A stretch of DNA of 64,000 bases from Squalus acanthias (GCA_030390025.1 CM059438.1:66838001-66902000), one strand, 5' to 3'. Shown: positions 1 to 12,205, counted from the stretch's first letter. Program-made: numbers and translations. Notes: a model not told the origin generated them from the sequence alone.

Positions 1-637
1 GATAAGGGATGCAGCAAGGAGCTCGAGGATAAACAAGCTGTCTACGAGAGGGCAACAAGACCTTTAGAACAGAGATAAGGAGAAAAATGACTTCATGAGG
101 CTGGGAGGGGGCTGTCAGAGGTAGCCTCTCCCTTGTAATTGGACAATGGACTGGGTAAAAATGATTGACACCAGGTATCCACCAGTCCATCGAAATAAGG
201 TATAAAAACCGACGACCGAGAGAGGAAAACAGGCAGTTAGGGCTGAAGGCTTCCCCGAGGTGGCTACGGCCTCACACCTTGGTCAAGTTTAGTCTCTGAG
301 GTGGATCAATGCTGGCGGACGGCCTAACACCTCCAACAGCTCGAGGGACGACCCAACGGAAGTGACCACTGCAGCAGACTGCAGGAACCCGCCCAATCTG
401 GGACCACCGTACTGCCTCACCGTCCATCTGGTTGTTTCGTTCCGTTCTGGGGCCGTAGATCGCCCTCAACTGTCACGGGATGTATGCCTACTGTATCTAT
501 TTCAATCACATGTAGTAATATCTGATTATGCTGAAACTGTAGCTCTCTAATAAAAAGCCTTACAACTCCTAAGAGCCTTTGAGTAATCTGTGTGTGACCT
601 GTGATCCAAATCTTACAGTTGATCCAAATCTTATACA
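1..637 (+). mobile_element. probable LTR (3' part, cut by window edge)
   Basis: TATAAAA at 201, AATAAA at ~549, terminal ...TACA with a short duplicated GATCCAAATCTTA. The 5' end and TSD are not visible. Confidence 0.4.
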
Positions 638-717
638 CTCTTCACCACGTTCTGCATCAACAGATTCAGAAACATCACCAAATAATTTATCAACTGGTTA
701 CTTCTGGTAAGTTATCT

Positions 718-838
718 TCTGTTGCTACATTACAACAGTGACTACACTTCAATAAAAAGTATTTAATTGACTGTAAAGCACTTTGAGACAGCCAGTGGTT
801 GTGAAAGGCGCTATATAGATGCAAATCTTTCTTTTTAG
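718..838 (+). mobile_element. DeuSINE 3' fragment
   Basis: Matches the 3' end of the longer copies (acaacagtgactacacttc...gtgaaaggcgctata...tctttct). Confidence 0.75.
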
Positions 839-844
839 GTAAGT

Positions 845-1078
845 ATAGAATTTAGGAGGAATTTCTTTAAACTGAGAGCGGTGAGTATGTGGAACTCGCT
901 GCCACATGGAGTGGTTGAAGCAGAGAACAATGATGCATACATGTGAGAGATAAGGGAATAGAGGGATACAGGAGGCAAGGTGGGAAGAGGTAAGTAGGGT
1001 GGGAGGAGACTCGTGGACCAGTTGGGCTGAATGGCCTGTTTCGTTGCTGCAGATTCTATGTAATTTTATGTAATTTTT
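845..1078 (+). mobile_element. CR1 LINE 3' fragment
   Basis: Decayed FRRNFF..R.V..WNSLP coding end, GGGCTGAATGGCCT 3'UTR motif and (TATGTAAT)n-like tail. Confidence 0.7.
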
Positions 1079-1191
1079 GAAAGTTGCAGAATCTGTTTTG
1101 GTTGGAGTTGCTTTGCATTAAGGCGCGTGTGATTAATAATAGTTCAAAATTATTGATGTTCACCTTGTTTTATTATCACTCTGTCTCTCAG

Positions 1192-1299
1192 ACTTTGGGA
1201 GAATGCTTGGCTCCAACCATTTCATGCTCACCCAAGAGCAGCTTTGCCAACAACGTCAATGAACATGTTTCAGATATCAATGAACAAAGTACTGTATGA
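1192..1299 (+). CDS. candidate terminal coding exon of an unidentified host gene (TLGECLAP...EQSTV*)
   Basis: Pyrimidine tract plus CAG acceptor at 1189-1191, 35 open codons in non-repetitive DNA, ending in a class I PDZ-ligand-like S-T-V. Confidence 0.3.
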   Translation, partial: TLGECLAPTISCSPKSSFANNVNEHVSDINEQSTV

Positions 1300-1496
1300 A
1301 CACAAAGCAAACCGACTGAACCTGAACTTAAATGTGTATTAAAAACAAAGAATTGATATTTTATGGTATCTTATTTTTGAGGTTGGAGAGCAAATATAGT
1401 TGCTCATGTGACAAAAAGATCTTACGTCTGGGTTCAGACAACTGCTTTCGTAAACAGCCATCCTAACTGTGTATGACTCATATACATCTTCCCACT

Positions 1497-1935
1497 GGGG
1501 TCAGCCTTGGCTCAGTAATAGCACTCTCGCCTCCAAATCAGAAGTCATGGGTTCAATGCAGAGAATAAGGAGATAATCTAGGCTGACACTTCAGTGTAGT
1601 AATCAGGGATTTGGATGAGATATTAAAGCAAGGCCCCGTCCGCCCTCTCAAGTGGATGTAAAAGATCCCCTGGCACTATTCAAAGAAGAGCAGAAGAGTT
1701 CTCCCGGTGTCCTGGCCAATATTTATCCTTCAACCAACGTCACTGAAGAAGAGATTATCTGGTCATTATCTAATTGCTGTTTCTGGGATCTTGCTGTGTA
1801 CAAATCAGCTGTCATGTTTTCTTACATCACAACAGTGACTTCAAAAAATCTTCAAAAAGTACTTGACTGCAAAGCGTTTTGGGAAATCCTGAGATTGTGA
1901 AAGGCACTATTTAAATGCAAGTTCTTTCCTTTCTT
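1497..1935 (+). mobile_element. DeuSINE (SacSINE1-like), near full length
   Basis: tRNA-like head (TGGCTCAGT A box, GGTTCAA B box), Deu-type core (GTAAAAGATCCC.TGGCACTATT..AAGAAGAGCAG) and L2-like tail. Confidence 0.85.
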
Positions 1936-2048
1936 CACTCTGCTATTCTCACTTCTCCAATACCTGATCAGAAAAGCTTGCAACGTTGCTTCTGCTGTTT
2001 GAGCTTAAATTGAGCAGTTGAAAATTGTGTGAATTTGTGGCATTTAAT

Positions 2049-2794
2049 GGGGCGTATTTTGCGACCCCTGCGGGTGCGTACGGGGTGCCCACGCGTCCGT
2101 ATGGGCCGCGCGAGTTCCGGGTTTAGGCATGCAAAGTGCATCTGCTGAAACCCGGAACTTGCGATCTGTTCTTGACAGATCCTCCGCATCCCCGGGAGAT
2201 GGGCCTCCGCGGGTGGAGAGTTGCGCTATTTGCCCAACTTCCGCCCGCTGAATGCCCGTGAAATTCTTATGCCTGCTAAAGCCTGCTTTTACCAGCATAA
2301 TAGTTTTAAAAAATAGAAAAATAACATATCACTCATTTATATATTAAAAACCCTGTTCAATAAGGTAAGTTTACTTTTAAGCTCCGTTAAAACATATAAA
2401 TGTTTTTCTCAAAAAATTAAATTTTAGTTTAAAATATTTAATTAAATGGAATTTTAATTCATTTTAAATATGTAACTAAAAAAAATGTATTTCATGTGTT
2501 CATGTATTTTTTAAGTGATCCCAATTCATACTTATGGGGATTCCGTACGTACGCAACTCCAATAAGTATGAATGGGGATTCCCTTCTTTTATTGGTTGAG
2601 CCGGCCCACGTGATCCCAGGGGCGCTTGCGAACCGCCTGCACCCCGGGGATAAGTGGGGCTCTGCCCGCGCGTACCCGGAGAGGCCCAGGATCGCAAGTC
2701 TCCATACCTCCCGGGCCACCAGGTAAATGCATAGATTTTTTTACAAGTCGGAGGTGTCCGCCCACGGGAAGCCTCCGACCGCAAATTTTGGGCC
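2049..2794. mobile_element. PIF/Harbinger-type MITE
   Basis: Degenerate TIRs (GGGGCGTATTTTGCG / CGCAAATTTTGGGCC), flanks AAT/CAT, GC-rich ends with an AT-rich core. Shares GGCCCACGTGATCCCAGGGG with 27377-28141. Confidence 0.7.
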
Positions 2795-3104
2795 CATGAC
2801 TTGTGTATTCATGACCTTTATTTGCGAAAAGAAATTGAAGCCAAAAGAAGCACTGAGGTAAAGTGCTTATTGGAATTAGTTCTTGTGTTGAAAATTCTGC
2901 CCGACAATAGTGAAAAATGACTGACAAACCTTGAGGAAGCCAAACTTTTGTTGTGTGAACTTCTGTGCTTAACTGTTAGTCACTGCAGGAGGTTACACCA
3001 AAGCTTTGCGTCATTTAAAGCAGACAGTCCAATTTTTTGCAGCATGATCTGTACAGGAAGCAAAGCATCAATTCAGCAATTCTGCTTCCTAATTAAAATG
3101 TGAC

Positions 3105-3392
3105 ATCTTCATCTTCTTCTTCTTAGGCAGTCCCTCGGAACCGAGGATGACTTGCTTCCACACTAAAAATGAGTTCTCAGATGACTGATGAGTCCAATGC
3201 GGGACCCACAGTTTCTGTCACAGGTGGGGCAGACGGTGGTTGAAGGGACGGCTGGGTGGGGTGCTTGGGTTGACGTGCGCTCCTTCCGCTGTTTGCGCTT
3301 GGCTTCCGCTTGCTCCCAGCGAAGAGATACGAGGTGTTCGGCGCCTTCCCGGATGCTTCTCCTCCACTTTGAGCGGTCTTGTGTGACATATA
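3105..3392 (-). mobile_element. RTE-clade LINE 3' fragment
   Basis: ORF end DRSKWRRSI...CPTCDRNCGSRIGLISHLRTH followed by a (GAA)n tail. Confidence 0.85.
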
Positions 3393-4790
3393 ACATTGCT
3401 GACTCTCCCTCTCTTTTTCTGACAGCTGCATCAGTGTCTCTCCATCACTGCCCAAACGTAAGCAAACCCTGGCTGCATTGACGGTAACAAAAGGTGAACA
3501 CCCTTGTCTGATGCGATGTTTTACATCTGAATTCACGTCAGCGCAAAAGTTGGTTGTGTTTTCTTTCACCTTTAACCACACTTGCAGCTGAACAGGTCTC
3601 GTTTGTTTACGATGTGGCTTTTCACTCCCCCCCCCACCCCACGATTTCTCCTTTTGTGAAGGCATTTACTGAAATGCCAGTCATCTGCACGTACTGCATT
3701 CAGCAACCCTCTGAATGTGTAAGGTTAGACAGGGAGGGGAAGGTTGTTTCTCAGCTGAACCCAATCCATGCACACACACTTTATAGTAGGGATGGGAACC
3801 TGCAGCAGTAACCCTGGCTGATTTACACCCCACCCCTCCCGCCCACATATTGAGGACAATGAGGCCATACTGTCACCTTAGCTAAGAAGAGCTAGTGCAG
3901 CTTAAACTGTAGTTGTAACCTGGGACCTCCCTGGTCTGTGTGGCTCAGTTTAATGCTGCATTTCTCAGCTATGCCGTTTAGGGGGCTCCACTTTGTTTGT
4001 TTGAAAATGATAGTGTTTATCTTCTTGGGGTCTTTTAAAATCCACTACCGCTCCCATTCCCATGACGCTCATTATCTCTCATAACATGTTTGGCCGTGCG
4101 TTCTAAATCGTGTCATTAGAGTAGTTGTGAATGGTCTTGCAGTGAACCAGGTTCTCATCGTAAAAATTCTAGTTATCATAGATGCCTTAATTGTAAAAGA
4201 GGAAGGAAAATGCTTTGAATTTTACAAGTACCCTTTAGAATTTCTTTTGAGAAATGGAAAACAGAAAGAAAATAAATGGCAATTTACTCTTCCGGGCTGA
4301 GATATTTTGCTCGCTGATAGTTTTACACAAGTGGAAATTGTTTTTTGGCCCGGTCAATGTTACTGCAGCAATGATAATCTGTTATTGCCAGGCTCATTTC
4401 AGAATGGTGATGTTTTTAAGCGATCAGCAGGACTTTGTTTGAAAGAGACTTTTATTTCATTTATGGCAGAAAAAAAAAACAGGCGGAAAAATAACCTGAC
4501 ATTCACAAAAACAGAACAAACCCATTTACCATTAAAGAGATTGTGTGTGGGTGTTTCATTACGATTTGCCCACACGCACTCTGCTCCGCACACTACTCTT
4601 CATTTATTCCAGTGCAGACGATCGAAATTGGCCTTAATCCCGAGCCAGAAATACTTTATCACTTCAGATATTTCATTGTCCACGGTAGGGGTAGGGAGAA
4701 GAACAGACCAAATGTGAAGGTTTGTAGTTAGGAGACATATTTTCCTATGTTTGTTCATTTTTGTGAAAAAGTAGCTATGCTTTAACAGTG

Positions 4791-5438
4791 TGTAGGACAT
4801 GCAGAATTACCCCTCGCCCCGTCCAACTGTAGAATTCGGACTTGAGACTTATGAGAAATTACACCAGACACACGGGTTCTGTCTTTAACCTTTTATTGTT
4901 CCTAGATTCAAAACCTCAACCACTATTCGAGCAGTTCACCAATAATGTTACAGGAAATCGTACATACAACCACCTGCGGATGATCAGTCCAGCGTTGATT
5001 GTAGGCCACTTCCTTTCGACTGCAGCTCTTCGAGTTGAGACGATCAACCAGGCCCCTCCTTCCGGCTTCAGCCTGATCCTCATCAGTGAGATGACTGGCC
5101 AAACCACCTCCCTCTGACTGCAGGGCCGATATTTTTCGTCACTGGTTTTTATACGGTTTCCCTTGCCTTTTGCAGTAAATCAATCATTCAGAGATAGTGA
5201 AATGTTCCTTTAATGTTCGACGTTAAGTTGTTTGAGCTGTCAAACGTTCACACTCACACATCCTGTGTCGCTATCCATTAGCTGCATTTATCAAAGCCCA
5301 AAATTGTTCATTCACTCATAATGTTGACAAAAGTGGCAGAAAATCACTTGGTTACAGTTCACGTGTTACGTCGTATTCTGCATTTCAAAACTTCAAAGGT
5401 TTGACTCCTCCCCTTTAGCCACCAAAAATCGTCCTACA
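4791..5438 (-). mobile_element. probable solo LTR
   Basis: 8-bp inverted termini TGTAGGAC/GTCCTACA, with minus-strand TATAAAA (~5150) and AATAAA (~4895) in LTR order. No TSD found. Confidence 0.5.
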
Positions 5439-5739
5439 ATCTCGTAGGCTATTTGTTGTAAATATGACGTCTGCAAATCTAAGGGGGTTTGTTTATCTCT
5501 GTTGTCTATGACTACCCCCTGCAGTCACAACCATGTTGGCTGCCTTTTAGTAAAGCACATTCCATGTCCCCTTATCAGTGAAAGACTGCCTGTTACAACT
5601 TTATTTCACTTTGAAAAAAACCTTTTGGCCTGGCAAAGCATTTCGATATAGACCAAAATTAAGAATTAAGGGTCGGTGTATGCCTACAAGTGATAAAACA
5701 AGATCTAGCGAATGGGCAAATGGACTATCGACTCAGGAC

Positions 5740-5850
5740 CAAAGGCAGGTATATGGAGTTAGGTCACAGATCAGCCATGATCTCATTGAATGGCAGAACA
5801 GGCTCAAGGGGCTAAATGGTCTACTCCTGTTCCTATGTTCCTATGATAGT
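5740..5850 (+). mobile_element. CR1 3'UTR fragment
   Basis: GATCAGCCATGATCTCATTGAATGGC...CTACTCCTGTTCCTATG, as in the longer CR1 copies. Confidence 0.8.
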
Positions 5851-5895
5851 TCCTGTTTAAGAATGGGTTTAGGAAATGTAGTGAAAAAAATCAAA

Positions 5896-6430
5896 AGGGG
5901 CGATTTTAACCAATACCCCCTCACCACCCCGCCCCGTGCCAGATGAGATGGGGTGTGCAGGTGGTGGGGGGTTAAAATGAGGGCAGCGTCCTCACCTTTG
6001 GGTTGGCGCCATACTCATGCCCACTGCCAGTTTAACTGGCAGGTTTCGGGCAGCGTGTGAGGCCCTTGCCACAGGCATAAATATGCAGCAGCTCAGATCC
6101 TAAGCCATCAATAGGACCACAACACAATTGCAACGTACGGCAGTGTGACCAGAGCTAGGCTTGCCAGAGAAAGCTAGGCCGAAGCAGGCCCAGAAAAGGG
6201 CCGAGAAGGCAAGATATATTTATTTTTAAAATTATGCTTTCCTGGTGGGCTAGAAGGAGCAGGAGTGCTCTCCCGGGCCCCAAAAGAAAACTTGGAGCCT
6301 CCCCTGCCCGGGATTTCCCCATCTCCCTCCCCCAACCGCAATCACGACCAGACCTCAACCGATGCACTTTACCCGATTGCCGGGGACTTCTTCGAATCCC
6401 TCCCTCACCGTTGGGTGTAATTGTTCTGCA
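5896..6430. mobile_element. decayed Harbinger-type MITE
   Basis: Left end GGGGCGATTTTAAC resembles the other MITE TIRs and the body is GC-rich. The right end is uncertain. Confidence 0.4.
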
Positions 6431-6716
6431 AGTGAGTAGATGTTGACTACAAGTGACATCAACACCCTCCTCCAAATTAATTGATCCTTAGTAACGATTG
6501 CCCCATCTCCAATCACCCTTTCCTCTCTCAGGACCTTAAATCTGTTGTTGCCACCCAGATCCATGTTCATCTCTCCCACAACTCCCTCTTTGACTTCATC
6601 CAATCAACAATCTGCCGATCTCACTGCACCCAGATGGCCCTAACCAAAGACATAGATGACATTCTCTGTTGCTGTGCGACTGAGGTGTATTATCCCTTCT
6701 TGTCTTCCACAACCTC

Positions 6717-6933
6717 TGACGTAAGAAAACTACTAGGCACTTGGTCTAAGTGTTAAACAAAGCTTTAATCAACTGTTTTTCAACATGAGATCTAGTTGTG
6801 TCCTTCACTAGTTCCTGTTGAGGAATGTCCTGAGCAAGCTGGGCCCATGCCCGAGTATTTATACTCTCCCTGGACAGCGCCACCAGCAGGCCACCCAGTA
6901 TTACTTCATACATGAATGACAAGATTCATGTCA
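6717..6933 (-). mobile_element. solo LTR, Gypsy (family related to 33902-38342)
   Basis: TG...CA termini, perfect 5-bp TSD ACCTC. Close copy at 56266-56494. Confidence 0.9.
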
Positions 6934-7211
6934 ACCTCTTTACAGCCTTTGACACAGTTGATCATGCCATCAGCCAATGCCTCCCCTCAGCTGTTCAGCT
7001 CCATGAGACTTCACTCACCTGGTTCCACTCTGACTTATCAGACCATAGGAAGAGGATCTCCAGCAATGTCTTCCCTTCCTACTCTCGTACCATTACCTTT
7101 GGTGTTCCCAAGGATCCAGTCTTCGGCCTTCCATTTTCTCATGCACATCCTGCTCCTTGGCAACATCATCCGTTGACATGAGGTCAGCTTCCATTTACAC
7201 AGTAATACATG

Positions 7212-7385
7212 CAATGTTCCCATTAAGGTAAGTGCGCGCATGGCCGCGCAGTAATCTGAAAGGTCCGCGCAGGCCGCTCACTGGCATTTACATTGTAAAT
7301 ACTGCACAGGAGCAGAAATTTAAAGGGACCATGCATTAAAAGAAACAGGCCACGCAGAACAAAGTACAGCTTACGGGGAACATTG
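7212..7385. mobile_element. hAT-type MITE
   Basis: TIR CAATGTTCCC/GGGAACATTG, decayed 8-bp flanks (AATACATG/GTTACGTG). Related to 56496-56656. Confidence 0.7.
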
Positions 7386-8414
7386 GTTACGTGGCATTTA
7401 TAGCACAGAAACAGGCCATTCGACTCAACAGACCCATTCCGGTGTTTATGCTCTACATGGGTACATGATGACACCCAGCTCTAACCCTTAACAAACTCGG
7501 TCGACCCCTCCACTGCCTCTGTGTCAGATTGCATGTCCCGTGAGTCTTAACTTCCTTCAACTAACTATTAGGAAGACCAAAGACACATTATTGCTGCTGG
7601 CACAAACTCTGCTCTCTCGATACTGATCTTTCCCCCCTGCCTGGTCTCAAGCTGAGCCAGACTATGGGCAATCTCGGCATCTCATTTGAGCTCGAGCTGA
7701 GTTTCCGACCCCATATTCTCTCCATCACAAAGATCACCTGCCACCCTGTATCTCAGCCCGCCTGCTGGTAAAGCTTCTATGCATCCTTTTGTCACCTCCA
7801 GATTGAACTGTTAGCTCTCACTCGGATACTTGTTAATCCCTGGGTCCACATACTCCACCAGGAGCAGAAATGGAAAAGATGCTGACCTCAGAGTGTTAGA
7901 GATACAGTCAGGGTTTTAAATGAGAAATGGGAAACAGGAAGCCCCAAAAAATAAGAACACCATTACAGTTGCCCCTAGCTTCTCTCAACTATATAACTCA
8001 TCCATAATGCCTTTCAAAGCTGTAGACACAGAAGTCAGTGACCGCTCAAAAGTGAAGAGAAGAGCACTGCATCGCCAAGATTCATGGTCAAACCAGTACC
8101 CTCGTCCCATAGCTGCACCATCATTCTTTATGCTCACATTTGTTTTCCCTCTTCCTCCCCCTACTGCTTGTCACCAGAGTGCCACCCTCTGACCAGCTTC
8201 TACCAAGGCAGGCTGCCAGGGTGCCTGGGCTGCTGGTTGATGTGTTACCTAGCTATGGCGTAGCATCATCAACTCATTCCCAGAACCCAGCACCTTCAAA
8301 TCAACATGAAGTCCATTGACAAGCAAACCACAGCTTCTGGCAGGCATGTATTGAATTAAAAACATACTGCAAGTTATCCGATGGTGTCCAGATAAAAATC
8401 CGGGCCCATTTTTT

Positions 8415-8840
8415 CATATAGATTGGGATAAGCAGACTAGCACCTGTCAGAAAGGTAGTGAATTTCTTGAGTGTGTCCAGGATAGTTTTCGACAACAATA
8501 TGTCCTAGAGGCAACAAGGGGGCATGCCATATTAGATTTAGTAATGAGTAATGAGACAGAGTTATTTAACAGCCTAACTGTGCGTGAACATTTATAGCGA
8601 TCATAATATGATCGAGTTCAACCTAGCATTTGAAAGGGAGAAACGCGAAACAGCTACTAAGCTTCTAGATTTAGGTAAGGCTGACTTCAATGGGATGAGG
8701 CTGAGACTGTCCACAGTAAACTGGGCAAATCTGTTAATGGGTAAAAGATCAGTGGGAGATGTTCAAAAAGGGATTCAAGGTGATACAGAAGCAGTTTATA
8801 CTCCTGAGGGATGAGAACTCTACTTGCCAAAAAAAACAGC
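8415..8840 (+). mobile_element. older CR1, 5' piece (endonuclease end); continues at 15257
   Basis: HIDW...EFLECVQD...ILDLV...SDHNMIEF...KKQ. The reading resumes as TKEVRDS at 15257. Confidence 0.8.
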
Positions 8841-9367
8841 TACGGAAGCCCTAGAGGAGTATAGAAAGTGCAGGGGGGTACTTCAAAAAGAAATTAGGAG
8901 AGCAAAGAGGGAGCATGAAAAAACACTGGCGGGCAAAATAAAGGAAAATCCCAAGGTGTTTTATAAGTATATTAAGGGCAAGAGGATAACCAGGGAAAGA
9001 GTAGGGCCCATTAGGGACCAAAGTGACAATCTGTGTGTAGAGCCGAAAGATGTAGGTGAGGTTTTAAATTAATATTTTGCATCTGTGTTCACTATGGAGA
9101 AGGACGATGTCGGCATAGAAATCAGGCAGGGGGGTTGTGATATACTTGAACAAATTAGCATTGAGAGGGAGGAGGTACTGGCGGTTTTAGCGGGCTTAAA
9201 AGTGGATAAATCCCCAGGCCCAGACGAGATGTATCCCAGGCTGCTGTGTGAGGCAAGGGAGGAGATTGCAGAGGCTCTGACACAAATTTTCAGAACCTCT
9301 CTGGCCACAGAGCAGGTTTGAGAGGTCGCACAACACCAGGTTATAGTCCAACAGTTTTATTTGAAAT

Positions 9368-9408
9368 CACAAGCTTTCGGAGCTATCGATTTGCTCCTTC
9401 CTCAGGTG
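9368..9408 (-). ncRNA. minimal type I hammerhead ribozyme motif (mirror copy)
   Basis: Exact reverse complement of 9417-9457. Confidence 0.75.
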
Positions 9409-9416
9409 AAGTACTT

Positions 9417-9457
9417 CACCTGAGGAAGGAGCAAATCGATAGCTCCGAAAGCTTGTG
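9417..9457 (+). ncRNA. minimal type I hammerhead ribozyme motif
   Basis: CAC-CUGAGGA-A-GGAGC(loop)GCUCC-GAAA-GC-UU-GUG: CUGANGA and GAAA cores, 5-bp stem II, 3-bp stem I, palindromic AAGCUU stem III. Confidence 0.75.
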
Positions 9458-11362
9458 ATTTCAAATAAAACTGTTGGACTATAACCTGGTGTTGTGCAAC
9501 CTCTCAATTTTGTCCACCCCAGTCCAACACCGGCATCTCCGCATCACAGAGCAGGTGCCAGAGGACTGGAGGACAGCTAACGTAGTACCATTATTCAAGA
9601 AGGGTAGTAGGGATAAACCAGGGAATTATAGGCCAGTGAGCCTAACATCAGTGGTAGGGAAATTATTGGAAAAAATTCTGAGGGACAGAATTAGTCTCCA
9701 CTTGGAGAGGAAAGGATTAATCAAGGATAGTCAGCATGGCTTTGTCAGGGGGAGATCATGTCTGACCAATTTGGTTGAATTTTTCGAGGGGCTGACTAGG
9801 TGTGTGGATGAGGGTAGTGCAGTTGATGTGGTCTACATGGACGTCAGTAAGGCTTTTGACAAAGTCCCGCATGGGAGACTGGTCAAGAAGGTAAGAGCCC
9901 ATGGGATCCAGGACAATTTGGCACATTGGATTTAAAATTGGCTTAGTGGCAGGAGGCAGAGGGTGATGGTCGAAGGTTGTTTTTGTGACTGGAAGCCTGT
10001 GTCCAGTGGGGTACCGCAGGGATCAGTGCTGGGTCCCTTGCTGTTTGTAGTGTACATTAATGATTTAGATATGAATGCAGGAGGTATGATCAGTAAGTTT
10101 GCAGATGACACAAAAATTGGTGGAGTGGTAAATAGCGAGGAGGGAAGCCTCAGGCTACAGGACGATACAGACGGGTTGGTCAGATGGGCAGAACAGAGGC
10201 AAATGGAATTTAACCCCAAAAAGTGTGAGGTGATGCATTTTGGGAGGAAAAACAAGGCAAGGGAATACACAATGAATGGTAGGACCCTAGGAAGGACAGA
10301 GGATCAGAGGGACCTTGGTGTGCATGTACATAGATCCCTGAAGGCAGCAGGACAGGTAGATAAGGTGGTTAAGAAGGCATATGGGATACTTGCCTTCATT
10401 AGCCGAGGCATAGAATATAAGAGCAGGGCAGTTATGATGGAGCTGTACAAAACGCTAGTTAGGCCACAGCTGGAATACTGTGTACAGTTCTGGTCGCCAC
10501 ACTATAGGAAGGATGTGATTGCATTGGAGAGGGTACAGAGGAGATTCACCAGGCTGGAGCTTTTCAGCTATGAGGAGAGACTGGACAGGCTGGGGTTGTT
10601 TTCCTTAGAGCAGAGAAGGCTGAGGGGGTACCTGATTGAAGTGTACAAAATTATGAGGGGCATAGATAGGGTAGATAGAAAGGAACTTTTCCCCTTAGTA
10701 GAGGGGTCAATAACCAGGGGGCATAGTTTCAAGGTAAGGGGCAGGAGGTTTAGAGGGGATTTGAGGAAAAACTTTTTCACCCAGAGGGTGGTTGGAATCT
10801 GGAACTCACTGCCTGAAAGGATGGTAGAGGCAGGAACCCTCACAACATTCAAGACGCATTTAGATGAGCACTTGAAACGCCATAGCATACAAGGCTATGG
10901 ACCAAGTGCTGGAAAATAGGATTAGAATAGACAGGGCTTGATGGTCGGCGCGGACACGATGGGCCGAAGGGACTCTTTCTGTGCTGTATATATCTATGAC
11001 TCTATGGGGTAGAAATTAGGTCGCGCCCCATTTGGGGCGCAAATATCGTCCGCGCGCAAATATTAGCGCCTGGCGCTAATTATCGGCACTGACAGGAAAC
11101 TTCACTTTTACCGCCCCGGGAGGTGAGTGGAGCGCTAAATTAGGCGCTGCACACCTCTCTTAAGGCGCAAAGGCCTAGGAGTGAGGCGCTAACTCAGCGC
11201 ACGAGCGCAGCGCAGCTGCTGCCAGTTAGCGAGGGAACACAGACACACTGGCGCCGGACACTTCTTAAAGCAGGGGGGGCCACTTGCTCCCCAGCCACAC
11301 CCTGCTCATTGCAGCCTTGAATCTCAGCCTGGAGAGACCTGTAATCCATTTTGCTGCCAAGC

Positions 11363-11599
11363 ATGGAGAGGGTGAGAGAACGCGCTCATCGCTTCACCGA
11401 GCGGGCCTTGGATGCTCTGGTTGATGCAGTGGAGCGCAGACGATGCATGCTGTTCCCGGAGAGTGGCAGGAGGCCTTTGCCACGCGAGTTCAGAAGAGTG
11501 TGGAGGGAGGTGGCTCAGAGCGTCTCCTCCAGGAGCATGGTGCCCAGGACCCATGTCCAGTGCCGCAAAAAGTTCAACGACCTCACTCGGGTCGTCAGG
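11363..11599 (+). CDS. Harbinger Myb/SANT-like protein, exon 1
   Basis: RFTERALDALVDAV...WREVAQSV...RTHVQCRKKFNDL trihelix motif. Donor GTGAGT at 11600, phase 0. Confidence 0.9.
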
Positions 11600-11739
11600 G
11601 TGAGTGGCTTTTTCTCAATACCTCTCCATCCCTCCATCTCAACCTCACTCTATGGCCAGAGGGTCTTAAAACCCCAATGCACAACACTCATGCAACACCT
11701 ATGGCCCTTTCATCAAACACACACACACATTCCACACTT

Positions 11740-11847
11740 TGCATACAGTAAGGGCTATTCACCTATGGGAGGCACATCAGGCAAGACCATGGCTGCATAC
11801 AGTAAGGGCTATTCACCTATGGGAGGCACATCAGGCAAGACCATGGC
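11740..11847 (+). repeat. 54-bp perfect tandem duplication in Myb intron 1
   Basis: TGCATACAGTAAGGGCTATTCACC...GACCATGGC occurs twice. Confidence 0.95.
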
Positions 11848-11883
11848 TGTATATTGACTCAGATGCTGTCCTTTTTCTTGCAG

Positions 11884-12046
11884 GCTAAGCTGGCTCATAA
11901 TCGGAGACAGCAGCAACGGACGGGTGGAGGGCGGCTTCAGCTGCAACCCCTCAGCGATCTGGAGGAGCGCGTCCACAGGATTGTGGCAAGCCGGATGATC
12001 GGTCCCGTCGCCACTGGAGACGCCGACCCCGTTGTGGACAGCAATG
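11884..12046 (+). CDS. Harbinger Myb/SANT-like protein, exon 2
   Basis: TTTTTCTTGCAG acceptor, AKLAHNRRQQQRTGGG...LSDLEERV, donor GTAAGG, phase 1. Confidence 0.88.
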
Positions 12047-12205
12047 GTAAGGTCATCACCTTTTTGTCCTCTGTCCTTCCACTTGTCCCTCACAATACCA
12101 GCCTTTGACACTTTCAATCCAACTTGCTAACTCGCTGCACTTATTCCTCCCTTACTGCCACCCTGTCCTCACGCTAAAGCCACTCTTGTACCTCCCTGCT
12201 TTCAG

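Larger units (their letters stand above)
6450..7810 (+). mobile_element. decayed L2 LINE RT fragment (interrupted)
   Basis: Remnants PISNHPFLS, (LDL).AFDTVDH, LTWF.S.LS, GVP. Split by a solo LTR, a hAT MITE and a CR1 tail. Confidence 0.7.
9318..9544. mobile_element. Penelope-like element fragment as an inverted repeat
   Basis: 190-bp palindrome 9318-9507 (one mismatch) plus a 37-bp extension, flanked by the 12-bp duplication CACAGAGCAGGT (9306-9317, 9545-9556). Confidence 0.85.
8841..11005 (+). mobile_element. younger 5'-truncated CR1 (ORF2 RT), disrupted
   Basis: [38 protein letters not shown]. The (CTATGA)n tail continues at 15240-15258 beyond the Harbinger. Confidence 0.95.

Noticed and set aside
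3700..3980. Ancient tRNA-SINE remnant (a similar one at ~63600-63790)
   Set aside because: Too degenerate to delimit or classify by eye.
11740..11847. CRISPR-like repeat
   Set aside because: Two abutting units, no spacers, eukaryotic context.
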